A DNA stretch of 64,000 bases from an uncultured Chloroflexia bacterium (GTDB lineage Bacteria; Chloroflexota; Dehalococcoidia; DSTF01; WHTK01). The position numbers and the translations under genes were made by a program. This document shows positions 20,170-30,399 of the stretch, piece by piece. Location: contig CAVYAY010000003.1 in the NCBI GenBank assembly GCA_963766645.1, positions 759,221-823,220 of the forward strand, given 5' to 3'. The first letter of the stretch is position 1. The number at the start of each line of letters is the position of its first letter. The notes below the pieces were generated by a model. That model saw only the letters and a list, made by a program, of their open reading frames with translations. It was not told the DNA's origin and made no database searches.

Positions 20170-21711
20170 ATGGAGCCGCAGCTAAGCGACGACCTGGCCG
20201 GCCAAGAGTTCGATGCCGTGATTATAGGCGGCGGCATCAACGGCGCCGGGGTCGCCCGAGATGCAGCGTTGCGTGGCCTGAACGTCTGCCTGTTCGAGAA
20301 GGGCGATTTCGCCAGCGGCACTTCCAGCAAGTCCACAAAAATCGCTCACGGCGGCCTCCGCTACCTGCGCAACCTTGAGTTCGGTCTTGTGCGCGAGGCG
20401 CAGCTCGAACGCCGCTGGTTGCGTGAGGCCTTGCCTCATCTCGTGGAACCGCTGAGCTTCTGCTATCCCGTGTATCGCGACGGGCCCGACCCGTTTTGGA
20501 AGGTGCGGCTCGGCGTTACTGTGTACGACCTGCTGGACGGCAGGCGTCAGCCGCACAAGAGCCTGAGCGCCAGTGACGCTCTTGCTTCCAATCCCGCGCT
20601 GCGATCAGTTGGTCTCATGGGCGCGCTGCGTTATTGGGACGACCGCATGGACGACGCGCGCGTCTGTCTAGAGACAGTCCTTTCCGCAGAGGAGGCTGGG
20701 GCCGAGTGTCTTAATTACACTTCCGTGCTCGGCATCCAAAGGACGGGGCGCGGGTTCGAGGTGACTTTTGGCGACAGCCTAAGTCATGCAGCCAGGTCGA
20801 GGTCCGTGTTTTGCAAGGTGATCGTGAACTGCGCCGGACCGTGGGCCGAGTCGGTTATCGAATCCCTGCGCCAGAGCTCGCGTCCCCTCCTGGCGCCGAC
20901 CAAGGGCGTCCACATCGTCGTCCCCAGAGTAGAGGGCGATGATGCTCTGGTGCTGGAGAACGTGGAGGACAAGCGGACCTTCTTCGCGATCCCCTGGCAC
21001 GATCAGACGCTGATTGGCACTACCGACACGTTTTTTGACGGCCCCGCGGACTCAGTCGCGGTCGAAGACTGCGATGTTGATTACTTACTCGACGCCGCGT
21101 CCTACTACCTGCCGGGAGCGCACTTCAAACGGCGAGATGTCCTCTATTCGTTCGCCGGCTTGCGGGCACTCGTGGCGCCCGGCGGTGACCCGACGTCCGA
21201 GGGCAAGATAAGCCGGCGTCACCTCGTGCTCCGAGACTCACCGGGCGTGATTACGCTGGTGGGTGGCAAGTTTACGACGTTTCGCCAGATGGCCGAGGAC
21301 GCCGTCGATGCCCTGGTAGAGGAAATCGGCCTGGGCAAGCGGCCGGCGAAAACGAAGGCAACGCCATATTTCCAGAGGCGTCCACCGAAAAGCGACGCCA
21401 CGACCGCCCCGGCCCTCTGGCGCTCCCTGCAGCAGCGCTACGGGCCGAGAGCCGGCGCTGTCTTCGACATATGCAACTCTGACGAGATACTTGGACAACG
21501 CATCATCGAATGCAGCCCCGTGCGTGTTGGCGAGTTCGTGTTCGCAGCCCAGAGCGAGAAGATCCGCTCCATCCGCGACTTCATCGAACGACGCACCCAT
21601 CTCGCATGGCATGCTGCCGGAAGGGAATTACACGACCGCCTGCTAGCGCTCAAGCCCTACCTGCGCGGCAGGATGGATGGCGCGTCGCTTCTCGACTCAA
21701 GCGACTGCTAG
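20170..21711 (+). CDS. glpD: FAD-dependent glycerol-3-phosphate dehydrogenase
   Basis: ..FDAVIIGGGINGAGVARDAALRGL.. FAD motif, ..HGGLRYL.., 513 aa intact. Confidence 0.9.
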   Translation: MEPQLSDDLAGQEFDAVIIGGGINGAGVARDAALRGLNVCLFEKGDFASGTSSKSTKIAHGGLRYLRNLEFGLVREAQLERRWLREALPHLVEPLSFCYPVYRDGPDPFWKVRLGVTVYDLLDGRRQPHKSLSASDALASNPALRSVGLMGALRYWDDRMDDARVCLETVLSAEEAGAECLNYTSVLGIQRTGRGFEVTFGDSLSHAARSRSVFCKVIVNCAGPWAESVIESLRQSSRPLLAPTKGVHIVVPRVEGDDALVLENVEDKRTFFAIPWHDQTLIGTTDTFFDGPADSVAVEDCDVDYLLDAASYYLPGAHFKRRDVLYSFAGLRALVAPGGDPTSEGKISRRHLVLRDSPGVITLVGGKFTTFRQMAEDAVDALVEEIGLGKRPAKTKATPYFQRRPPKSDATTAPALWRSLQQRYGPRAGAVFDICNSDEILGQRIIECSPVRVGEFVFAAQSEKIRSIRDFIERRTHLAWHAAGRELHDRLLALKPYLRGRMDGASLLDSSDC

Positions 21712-21736
21712 CCAGGTCTCCGTTACGAGGAACCAT

Positions 21737-22714
21737 TCAGGCCAAACTCAGTTCCAAGGAGAATGGGACGCATGCGATTTGGCGCGCGTTGAACAGTGAT
21801 CCCGATGTTTGTTCAATGGTGACTAAATCCCGAGTCTGAGAAGGCGCGATCAGCAGGATTGAACCACTGATGCGAGATTCGATGTTGGATGCAGTCACTT
21901 GAGCGTCCGTAGCCTTCAAGAGCAGAGCGAGCTTATCGCCCTCCGCTTCATGTCTCCAGGCTCGCACTTGTTCGGCGTAGGCCGGCAAGCAAGAGCTGAG
22001 TGCTGCGACATCAAGTCCTTCTGGGCTGCGCGGCTCCATGCGCCGACTATCCGCTCTGGCCTCCTCATCGCGGTAGGTAGCAAAGATGAGAATTGATGCA
22101 TCCGACGGACGCCGGGACAGGTGCTCCAGCAGTCGGAGCGTGGAGTCATCGGCCCAATGCAGGTCCTCGAGGCAGAGGAGAAGCCCGGCGGGCGCTGATC
22201 TGGCGATCGTCGAGAGGAATTCCGCGGTGGATTCGAAGAGCCGGTACTGGTCGTGGGACGCCCCAGCCGACGAACCCGCGAGGTCGTGAAGACCGGGCCT
22301 CAGCTCCGGCAGCAGGAGGGCCAGATCGGCCGCGAAGGGTCCCAACCCGGTCAGGAGGTCGCCGGACGTAAGATGGATGTGATCTTGGAGCGGCTCGATG
22401 AAGGGCATGTAGGGTGGCAGGCCGTCGGTGTCATAGGCGTGGCCGGTGAGGACTGTCCAGCCAGACGCCCGCGCGATCTTGGCGGCCTCCTCCACAAGGC
22501 GCGTCTTGCCGATGCCGGCCTCCCCGGCGATAAGGACCACACCGACCTTGCGGTCGGGGGGCTTAGCAAGGTAATGACCGAGGGTGGTGAGCTCACGCTC
22601 TCGCCCCACGAGTTTCGGCGCGGTGCGTGTTCCTCCCAAGTCTCTAGTCACGCGGCGATTTTGGCTCGGGGACGATGAGGTGTCAACGGCGTGTGAATGA
22701 CACGATGCCGTCAT
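21737..22714 (-). pseudogene. Truncated large LuxR/MalT-family regulator: N-terminal AAA_16 ATPase domain only; the frame runs through repeat copy 3 and stops
   Basis: ..VVLIAGEAGIGKTRLVEEA.. Walker A, ..LLCLEDLHWADDSTLRLL..; no TPR or HTH part; last codons (..DLVTIEQTSGSLFN..) are encoded by the dnaN-end repeat. Confidence 0.55.
21797..21829 (+). repeat. Repeat copy 3 (inverted): diverged dnaN 3'-terminal fragment reading ..VIPMFVQW-TGA on the plus strand
   Basis: ccgatgtttgttcaatggtgac is identical (22/22) to the reverse complement of 27294-27315; longer similarity with copy 1. Confidence 0.6.
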
Positions 22715-22728
22715 AGTGTCTCTGCCAG

Positions 22729-22926
22729 TTGGATTCCAATGAGTCTAGTAGACTTCGGTATCCAGCCGGCCTCGCTATCGGCTCCTGGAGGGACGAGGAT
22801 GAACTGGGAGCACTGCGGAGCGGAGGACGGTCATTTCAGCCTGGCGACGCATTCCACGCACGGCTCGAATACGACCGCTGGCAAGCCGCTATGCGGGGCC
22901 TTATCGCCACAGAACGTGCGCACTGA
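22729..22926 (+). pseudogene. Glycerol kinase C-terminal fragment (about 65 aa), a remnant of a second, diverged glpK
   Basis: ..AGLAIGSWRDEDELGALRSGGRSFQPGDAFHARLEYDRWQAAM.. aligns with the resident GlpK C-terminus (..AGLSVGLWRDEDAIASLR..GYEQWSRAIAM). Confidence 0.5.
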
Positions 22927-23030
22927 CGTCTGTCGCACCTACTACTGGCTTCCTTCCTCAAGGTGGGGAGATTACATTCGACAGGCGTCGTGAGCACGAT
23001 GCGCCGACAGGCGTCGTAGAGGAGGCCAGG

Positions 23031-23927
23031 ATGGGAGAGACCAGAGCCTTGACGCTGAACGAGGTTCACAGGCTGGTAAGCGCTGCGGGTCCGGGCGCCG
23101 CCAATGTGACACCTCCTGAGGTCACCGCGTACTACGTGGACCAGATCCATGCGAAGTCCCGTGATGACCTGGAAATCTGGCCAGACGTGTCGTATGGCCC
23201 GGATCCTCGCCACGGCCTGGACATCTACTCGCCCAAGAACCACCCGAGTACTGCCCTGCCAGTCGTGATGTTCTTCTTCGGCGGTGGGTTCATCGAAGGC
23301 AGTAAGAACCGTGACGGTCAGTGGATCTCGGGTAATGTCGCGGCCCACTTCGCTCGGCACCAGATGATCGGCATTACGGCAAACTACCGGCTGGCTCCGG
23401 AGTTTCAGTGGCCGGAAGGGTCACGGGATGTGGCGCGGGCTGTCGACTGGGTACGGGAGCACATCGCGGAATATGGTGGCGACCCGAACCGGATCGCGCT
23501 CATGGGCCACTCCTCGGGTGCTAGCCACGTGGCTTCCTATGCGCTTAGGGATGACCTCTGTCCGGCAGGGGGACAGGCCATACGGGCTGCGATCCTGCTG
23601 TCGGGGGCGTACGCACCGAACCCGGCCGTGCCCGACCCGCGACAGGCTGCGTACTACGGCGACGACACATCGAGGTACACGCAGATGGGGAGCCTAGGAA
23701 ACGTCAAGAGAAATGTGCCGGTGTTCATCCTAGTGGCGGAAAACGATGTCTACAACTTCCAGGTTGCGGCCACCAGGCTCATCGAGGAGGTGACGGTGCA
23801 TCAGGGCAAGGCACCGTGGTTTAGGATGCTGCACGGACACAACCACTCAACGTCGCTGCTCAGCATAGACACGGACGACCCCAGTGTCGGCCCTGAATTG
23901 ATCGAGTTCGCGCAGCGGTACGTCTGA
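23031..23927 (+). CDS. Alpha/beta hydrolase-fold esterase/lipase (carboxylesterase type)
   Basis: ..VVMFFFGGGFIEGS.. oxyanion region, GHSSGA nucleophile motif, 298 aa. Confidence 0.8.
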   Translation: MGETRALTLNEVHRLVSAAGPGAANVTPPEVTAYYVDQIHAKSRDDLEIWPDVSYGPDPRHGLDIYSPKNHPSTALPVVMFFFGGGFIEGSKNRDGQWISGNVAAHFARHQMIGITANYRLAPEFQWPEGSRDVARAVDWVREHIAEYGGDPNRIALMGHSSGASHVASYALRDDLCPAGGQAIRAAILLSGAYAPNPAVPDPRQAAYYGDDTSRYTQMGSLGNVKRNVPVFILVAENDVYNFQVAATRLIEEVTVHQGKAPWFRMLHGHNHSTSLLSIDTDDPSVGPELIEFAQRYV

Positions 23928-23956
23928 CGAGAATACTCCATGGACGATAGGGAGTT

Positions 23957-24262
23957 GTGCATGGTGGGTACGATCCTTATGAAGTCTCGCGAACGGTTCT
24001 CAAGCGACTCGACCGCGCCTATCACGATGGGGACGCGCAGGCGTATGCGGCAGCGTTCGCGGAAGATGCCGACTTCGTGAATCGAATTTGGAATGCATCT
24101 GGTGGCACGAATGAAACAGAAGATCGACATGGTGATTTTTTCACGCGGTTAGCCCAAGGAACGACGAGGGAACTCCAGTTGGTTCGGGCTCGGGCTATCA
24201 GCGATTCGTCGTTGTCGCGCGGCCAAATGTCGACTGGCAGTTTGCCTGGCGAGGCAATCTAG
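23957..24262 (+). CDS. SnoaL-like / NTF2-like domain protein (possibly truncated)
   Basis: ..AYHDGDAQAYAAAFAEDADFVN.. typical SnoaL-like N-terminus; lower-GC patch. Confidence 0.3.
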   Translation: MHGGYDPYEVSRTVLKRLDRAYHDGDAQAYAAAFAEDADFVNRIWNASGGTNETEDRHGDFFTRLAQGTTRELQLVRARAISDSSLSRGQMSTGSLPGEAI

Positions 24263-24358
24263 ATCGGGTCCACTTCTGAATGTGATGGCGACGCCGAATC
24301 TACAGCATGAGCAAGGACGACTCGAATCCTCAAAGGGTCACTAAGGACGCCATTTGCA

Positions 24359-25669
24359 GTGAAGTTCTTCAAGCTTCTCCCACTAGTAGGCATGTGGGCA
24401 GTCACCGTCGTGCTCGCCTGTAACTGCAAGTCAGAGGAACCGTTGACGCAGGATGAAATGGCCAACCGGCTGGGAGACATCATCGTCCAACTTGACACTC
24501 AGCAGAGGGATGCGTTCAGCCGGTTCGAGTCGCAATTGAATGCGCCTGGCACGCTGGATCAAACAGCTGAGGCCGCGATGCTCTTCGCCCAGCAATGGGC
24601 AGAAGCCTTTGACGGCGCTCGCGCCGCTTGCTACGACTTGGGCGACATCGACCAGACTGCTTTTGGAAGGCTCCGCTGGGACTTCTGTGCTGGCCTAGCG
24701 GACGAACAGTCCGGTGTTATGTCTGCTCTGAGGATCCGGGCGACACTCGGCCTCGCCGCTTTCGCGAAGACTCTCGATGAGGTCTATAGCCGTGCCGTCT
24801 ATGAAGAAGGCTACTTGGCCGAGATCTGCTCGAGGATGAAGGAGCTGCTGCGTGCGGAGGCTGGTGCTGAGAGCCTGCAGTGCCGCTCCCTGCAAAGCGA
24901 CATAGGACGGGGAGTTGCTGATTTGCTGCGGGCACGGATCGACCCAAAGGTAGAGCTCCTGCCGGCTCTCGATATCGGGGAGGGCGACCGTGAGGTTCGA
25001 GTTCTGCGTGAGGTTTCCTTGGCAGACGCCGGGGTTGCAGAAATACGGGTGCCGAACGGTGACGGACCCTGGCCGATGGTGATCTCGTTGGATGATCCTG
25101 ATCAGGGAACCTTCCTAGCGAGCAATGAGGACTTGGCCTGGGGCACGCTCCTTGCGGCGCAGGGAACGGTTGTAGTCAATCTGCGCCAACTGGGCCCGGC
25201 GGACGAAGGTAGTAGTCTCAAATGTGCTGTTCGCCGAGTGCGCGAACTGGCTGGGGAGTTCGCGGGCGATCCCGACAATGTGACGCTCCTCGGTTGGAAC
25301 AGACAGGCGGAAGTCGCACTTGCGGCAGCATTGTCCGCGAGAGAGCCGATCGAATGCGGAGGCTCGTCTACCTACGTTCCCGACAACTTTGTCGGCCTTT
25401 TTGATACCAACCCGGCCCTGTCGAGTTTGGCTGACAACCTTGCCGAAGGTGACCGCAGCGTTCGCCTTATGCTGGTCTTCCCAAAGAACGGCGGGTCAAT
25501 CTTCAGTCCAGTGGAGAAGAAGGGCCTGCAAGAATTCACGTCCGCTGCTACTGCTGCTGGCTATGACGCTCAGCTCAGGGAACTGGGCTCTTGGTACAGC
25601 GGCTCGCGCGTCTACGCCGATAGAGGCTTGAGGGCTGCGGCTAAGGCAATCTCAGCGTTTCTCTACTGA
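24359..25669 (+). CDS. Hypothetical secreted/lipoprotein with a C-terminal alpha/beta-hydrolase-like domain whose nucleophile position reads GWNRQ (Ser replaced, likely non-catalytic)
   Basis: Signal peptide MKFFKLLPLVGMWAVTVVLAC; ..GPWPMVISLDDPD..NVTLLGWNRQAEVALAAAL.. resembles the esterase oxyanion/nucleophile regions; low-GC patch. Confidence 0.4.
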   Translation: MKFFKLLPLVGMWAVTVVLACNCKSEEPLTQDEMANRLGDIIVQLDTQQRDAFSRFESQLNAPGTLDQTAEAAMLFAQQWAEAFDGARAACYDLGDIDQTAFGRLRWDFCAGLADEQSGVMSALRIRATLGLAAFAKTLDEVYSRAVYEEGYLAEICSRMKELLRAEAGAESLQCRSLQSDIGRGVADLLRARIDPKVELLPALDIGEGDREVRVLREVSLADAGVAEIRVPNGDGPWPMVISLDDPDQGTFLASNEDLAWGTLLAAQGTVVVNLRQLGPADEGSSLKCAVRRVRELAGEFAGDPDNVTLLGWNRQAEVALAAALSAREPIECGGSSTYVPDNFVGLFDTNPALSSLADNLAEGDRSVRLMLVFPKNGGSIFSPVEKKGLQEFTSAATAAGYDAQLRELGSWYSGSRVYADRGLRAAAKAISAFLY

Positions 25670-25707
25670 CAGCAGCGCCCACGATCGGGCGATAGTGTCT
25701 GGCGGGC

Positions 25708-26763
25708 TCACACGATGCCGTGCTGCTGCGCGTAGACGGCGGCCTGGGCGCGGTTGTTGAGGTTGGTCTTGATCAGGATGCTGGAGACGTGGTTCTGGAC
25801 GGTGCTTCGGGTGATGACCAGCTCGTTGGCTATTTCCGGGTTGGATTTGCCCTGGGCGAGCAGGCGCAGGACTTCGAGCTCGCGCTCTGAAAGGCCCTCA
25901 ATCGGCTCGGGACCGAGGCCGCTGGTTTGCTCGGACGCGGGCGGCAGGTCCCACACAAACTCCTCGATGAGGCGGATCCCCAACGACGTTTGCGACCCAT
26001 CTGCATAGAACGCTTCGCCCATCCCCTCCACGGGAACGAGTTGAGCCCCCGGTATGGCCGCTGCGATCTGACGAGCTGACGTAGCCATGCTGAAGTCGTC
26101 AGCCACGCCGGCCGGACGTTCGCTGATGACTAGTGTTGGCACTCGGACGCGAGCTAGCCACGGCCGTGCATCATCCACCATACCAGCGCGAAGCATCTTT
26201 ACGTAATCGTTTTGGGTGACCGCCGCCCTGATCTGGTCGACGGTTATAGAATGCTGGCCACGGACAACGGTGTAACCAGATGCCATGAGGTAGAGGAAGT
26301 CTTCCCATTCTTGGACGGCCAATGATTCGAAGCTGTGAGGCTGGTTTGGTTCCGGCCCGATGGGCGGATCTGGATTGAACAGGATGAGAGCTCGAACCAG
26401 GGCCGGATGCAGGGCGGCATACCGGACGGCAACTCGCCAGAATTCGTAGGACGCCATGAATATGAAGCCATCCAGCGCCAACGCACGCACAACGGCATCC
26501 ATGTCTGGCAGATAACTCTCGATGGAGTGTCCTTCACGCAGGACGCGCGAGGACATGCCGAGTCCCCGCGCGTCAAAGTGGATCAGCTTGAAGCGGCTTG
26601 CCAGTGGTTCGAGCCAGTAATTTAGATTGACGCCAGCCCATTGCTGTCGCTGGTGGTTAAATGGGTGTGGCCAGAGGACGAAAGGCAGGCCGCTACCCGC
26701 TACGCTGTAGGCGATGTCGTAGCCGTCGCTGGTCTTGACGTACTGGACAGGGGGCGCGTCCAT
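25708..26763 (-). CDS. Alpha/beta-hydrolase domain fused to a C-terminal LuxR/GerE-type HTH (transcriptional regulator)
   Basis: N-terminal ..VKTSDGYDIAYSVAGSGLPFVLWPH.. ab-hydrolase core; C-terminal ..LSERELEVLRLLAQGKSNPEIANELVITRSTVQNHVSSILIKT.. GerE HTH; start set at the internal Met (26763). Confidence 0.7.
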   Translation of the reverse strand: MDAPPVQYVKTSDGYDIAYSVAGSGLPFVLWPHPFNHQRQQWAGVNLNYWLEPLASRFKLIHFDARGLGMSSRVLREGHSIESYLPDMDAVVRALALDGFIFMASYEFWRVAVRYAALHPALVRALILFNPDPPIGPEPNQPHSFESLAVQEWEDFLYLMASGYTVVRGQHSITVDQIRAAVTQNDYVKMLRAGMVDDARPWLARVRVPTLVISERPAGVADDFSMATSARQIAAAIPGAQLVPVEGMGEAFYADGSQTSLGIRLIEEFVWDLPPASEQTSGLGPEPIEGLSERELEVLRLLAQGKSNPEIANELVITRSTVQNHVSSILIKTNLNNRAQAAVYAQQHGIV

Positions 26764-26790
26764 CGTGGGCGCAATTCTACCTCGCTTCGA

Positions 26791-27320
26791 CGTTGCACGA
26801 TGAAGCCTGTGCCGGCCGGTCATCTCGAAGATGCGGTCAAGGCAGAGATCGTTCGCGTCCTCAGCCATCCTGACGTCGTGGCTGCGGAACTCGCTGCTGC
26901 CAGTCGACCAAGACGGCGGCGTATCGAAATTCGAAATTGCGAAGGCCGAGAAGGAGCTCTCTGACGGTCGAGCAGCGTGAACGGAAGCTCCTGCAGCTCT
27001 TCATGGTTGAGGACATCAGCGAGGACGCGATACGAGAAGAGGCCGCGAACCTCGGTCGCCAGAAGAAAGCTCTCGAGGAGAAGCTGGCCGGTCTACGATT
27101 GAAGGCAGCACCCGCCTTCGAGTTCGAAGACATGGACCACCTGAAGCGCGTCTGTGCCGCAATCGAGGCTTGGTTAGCGGAGCCAGCTGACGAGCAGTGG
27201 TCGCTTGTCTTCGAGGCGCTTCAGGTCAGCGTCGAGGCGACGCGAGAGCAGGCTACCGTGCACGGAGTCCTGCCTTACGAAGCGCCGAAGTTTGTCACCA
27301 TTGAACAAACATCGGCATGA
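26791..27320 (+). pseudogene. Large serine recombinase C-terminal fragment (post-zinc-ribbon / coiled-coil region), frameshifted near 26950 with no catalytic domain
   Basis: ..LRRCTMKPVPAGHLEDAVKAEIVRVL.. and ..LTVEQRERKLLQLFMVEDISEDAIREEAANLGRQKKALEEKLAGL.. resemble large-serine-recombinase C-terminal regions; the ORF terminates inside repeat copy 2. Confidence 0.4.
27294..27315 (-). repeat. Repeat copy 2: authentic 3' terminus of dnaN (..VIMPMFVQW-TGA) serving as the right boundary repeat
   Basis: In frame with full-length dnaN; identical to the inverted copy at 21802-21823. Confidence 0.6.
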
Positions 27321-28428
27321 TGACATGGACGTAGTTGTCGTCCCCGAGCGTCTTGAACACGCCCTGGCTGGACGGACCCGTCGTCTCCATCGCTAGCTGA
27401 CCTGACTCCAGTGCCTGCAAAACGTCCTGCAGGTACTTGCCGTTGAACGCGATCTTCACGCCCTCGCCCTCGACGGCCGCGTCGATTTCGCCCTCGTTGT
27501 CGCCGACTTCCTCGGCCCGCGCCGAAATCACGATCTTGCCAGGCGTCACGCCCTCGCCCGGGGTGACCACGAGCCGCACGATGCCCGAGCCGTCACGCGC
27601 GAATACCGACGCCGTCCGCGTCTCGCGCAAGAACTCGCCCACCTCCGCGACAGCGCGGCTGGACGAACTGGCCGGGATCAGCTGGTTGAAGTTGGGGAAC
27701 GTGCCCTGGATCAACTGCGCCACCATTTCGGCATTGGCCAGCCGGAACAGCACCTGGGTCTTCGCCCCGTTCGTCCGCAGTGTCAGCGCGTCCTCCTCCT
27801 CGGCCAGCAGACGGCTCAGCTCTGAGAAGGCCCGCGCCGGCACGACGATCTCCGTCGCTTCCACCGAAGTCGCGAGCGGCAGCTTGTAGACCGAGAGCCG
27901 GAATCCGTCCGAGGCTGCCAGCGTCAGCGTGTTGCTCTCGAACTTCGTGTCGACGCCGGTCAGGACGGGGCGAGAATCGTCGGTCGCAGCCGCAAATACC
28001 GTCTGCGCGATCGCCTGCCGCAGGCCCTTCGCCTCCAGCTGCACCTCGATGCCGTCCTGCACCACCGGTGTCGGCGGGAAGTCTTCTGCATCCAGGCCGC
28101 TGATCTGTGCTTCGTTGCGCGCACATTCGACCTTCAGTTGTCGCGACCGCGCCGCCAGCTCCAACGTGATACGTTCGACGGGCAGCGTGTTGACGAAGTC
28201 CGTCAGCAGCCTCGCCGGCACCGCCGCGGCGCCCGGCTCGTCGATTTCGGCGTCGATCCAGTAGTTCATCGTGATCTCGAGATTCGTCGCCGAGAGGCGG
28301 AGCTTTCCGTTGTCCTCCGTTGTGAGCAGGACGTGGGATGTAATCGGCAGTGTGCTGCGCGTGGCGACCGCCCTGCCGACAACGCTGAGTCCGCGCGAAA
28401 AGGCTTCCTGAGTGCAGGTGACTTTCAT
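27295..28428 (-). CDS. dnaN: DNA polymerase III beta sliding clamp
   Basis: 377 aa, three-domain clamp; MKVTCTQEAFSRGLSVVGRAVATRSTLPITSHVLL.. N-terminus. Confidence 0.9.
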   Translation of the reverse strand: MKVTCTQEAFSRGLSVVGRAVATRSTLPITSHVLLTTEDNGKLRLSATNLEITMNYWIDAEIDEPGAAAVPARLLTDFVNTLPVERITLELAARSRQLKVECARNEAQISGLDAEDFPPTPVVQDGIEVQLEAKGLRQAIAQTVFAAATDDSRPVLTGVDTKFESNTLTLAASDGFRLSVYKLPLATSVEATEIVVPARAFSELSRLLAEEEDALTLRTNGAKTQVLFRLANAEMVAQLIQGTFPNFNQLIPASSSSRAVAEVGEFLRETRTASVFARDGSGIVRLVVTPGEGVTPGKIVISARAEEVGDNEGEIDAAVEGEGVKIAFNGKYLQDVLQALESGQLAMETTGPSSQGVFKTLGDDNYVHVIMPMFVQW

Positions 28429-28556
28429 TTATACGCTCACGTAGCTAAGCATTTTAGTAAGGATTGAGGGAAGTATAGACCCGCTCGGAGCCCCGGACAA
28501 GCGAAACCGATCACCCGTCGAACCCCGTCTTCCGAGGCCCTTTCTTACCCTGAACA

Positions 28557-29041
28557 CTATCGACTCTGAAGCTGCCTTAACCCGCTCTCCGGCGTCCAAA
28601 CGCGGATCGCCAGGTGGTCCGGCGGGTCCGCGACCTTCGTCAGCACGACCTCGCTTATGTCTACTCGGAACAAGTGCCCTGAGACCTCGTCGCCGCCGCT
28701 GCCGTCACCCATCGACTTCAGGCGCTCTGGCTCATTGACCTCGACCGCCCTTCCCGATAGCTTCGCGTCGCCGCTCCACAACGTCGGGTCTTCAGGCGGG
28801 TCATCCGACGTGCAGTGCAGCGCCAGGCGAGGGTCTCGGGCGAGGTCGGCCAGCTTCCGCGCCCCGGGCATCGAACCAAACCAGACGTCGCCGTCCGAGA
28901 AGGTCACCTCGATGCCGCTGACGCGGGGCGAGCCGTCCTTGCGCAGAGTCGCCATGACTTTGTGCCGGTACGCATCGAACTTCGCCTGCACCGCCGCTGC
29001 AAACTCCGGCTCCGCCGCTTCGATGTCGGCCCAGCGTGCCA

Positions 29042-29045
<4 letters not shown>
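28557..29045 (-). CDS. Pyridoxamine 5'-phosphate oxidase family protein (PPOX class)
   Basis: ..YRHKVMATLRKDGSPRVSGIEVTF..GDVWFGSMPGARKLADLARDPRLALH.. split-barrel pattern. Confidence 0.65.
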
Positions 29046-30338
<1,293 letters not shown>

Positions 30339-30399
30339 CGCAACTCGAGCGCTTCCAACAAGCCGTCGAGGCGGTTCACCTCGTAGTCGGGCTCCGCTG

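Larger units (their letters stand above)
16113..27315. mobile_element. Candidate decayed integrative island (SCC-like) inserted at the dnaN 3' end and bounded by direct repeats. It carries the glpK-lipase-sorC-glpD module plus a lower-GC accessory segment (21.8-25.7 kb) and a recombinase remnant
   Basis: Direct repeat copies 1 and 2, inverted copy 3, the recombinase fragment abutting copy 2 / dnaN stop, gene fragments at internal junctions, and a GC drop around 23.9-24.5 kb. Confidence 0.45.

Noticed and set aside
21510-21839. 109-aa plus-strand ORF ending ..DPDVCSMVTKSRV
   Set aside because: It overlaps the glpD 3' end and the AAA-domain gene. Its C-terminal 'conservation' with a frame at 16113-16146 is explained by the shared dnaN-end nucleotide repeat, not by a real peptide.
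22836-23360. 174-aa minus-strand ORF
   Set aside because: It overlaps the intergenic region and the 5' end of the esterase gene, with no homology signal. It was judged spurious.
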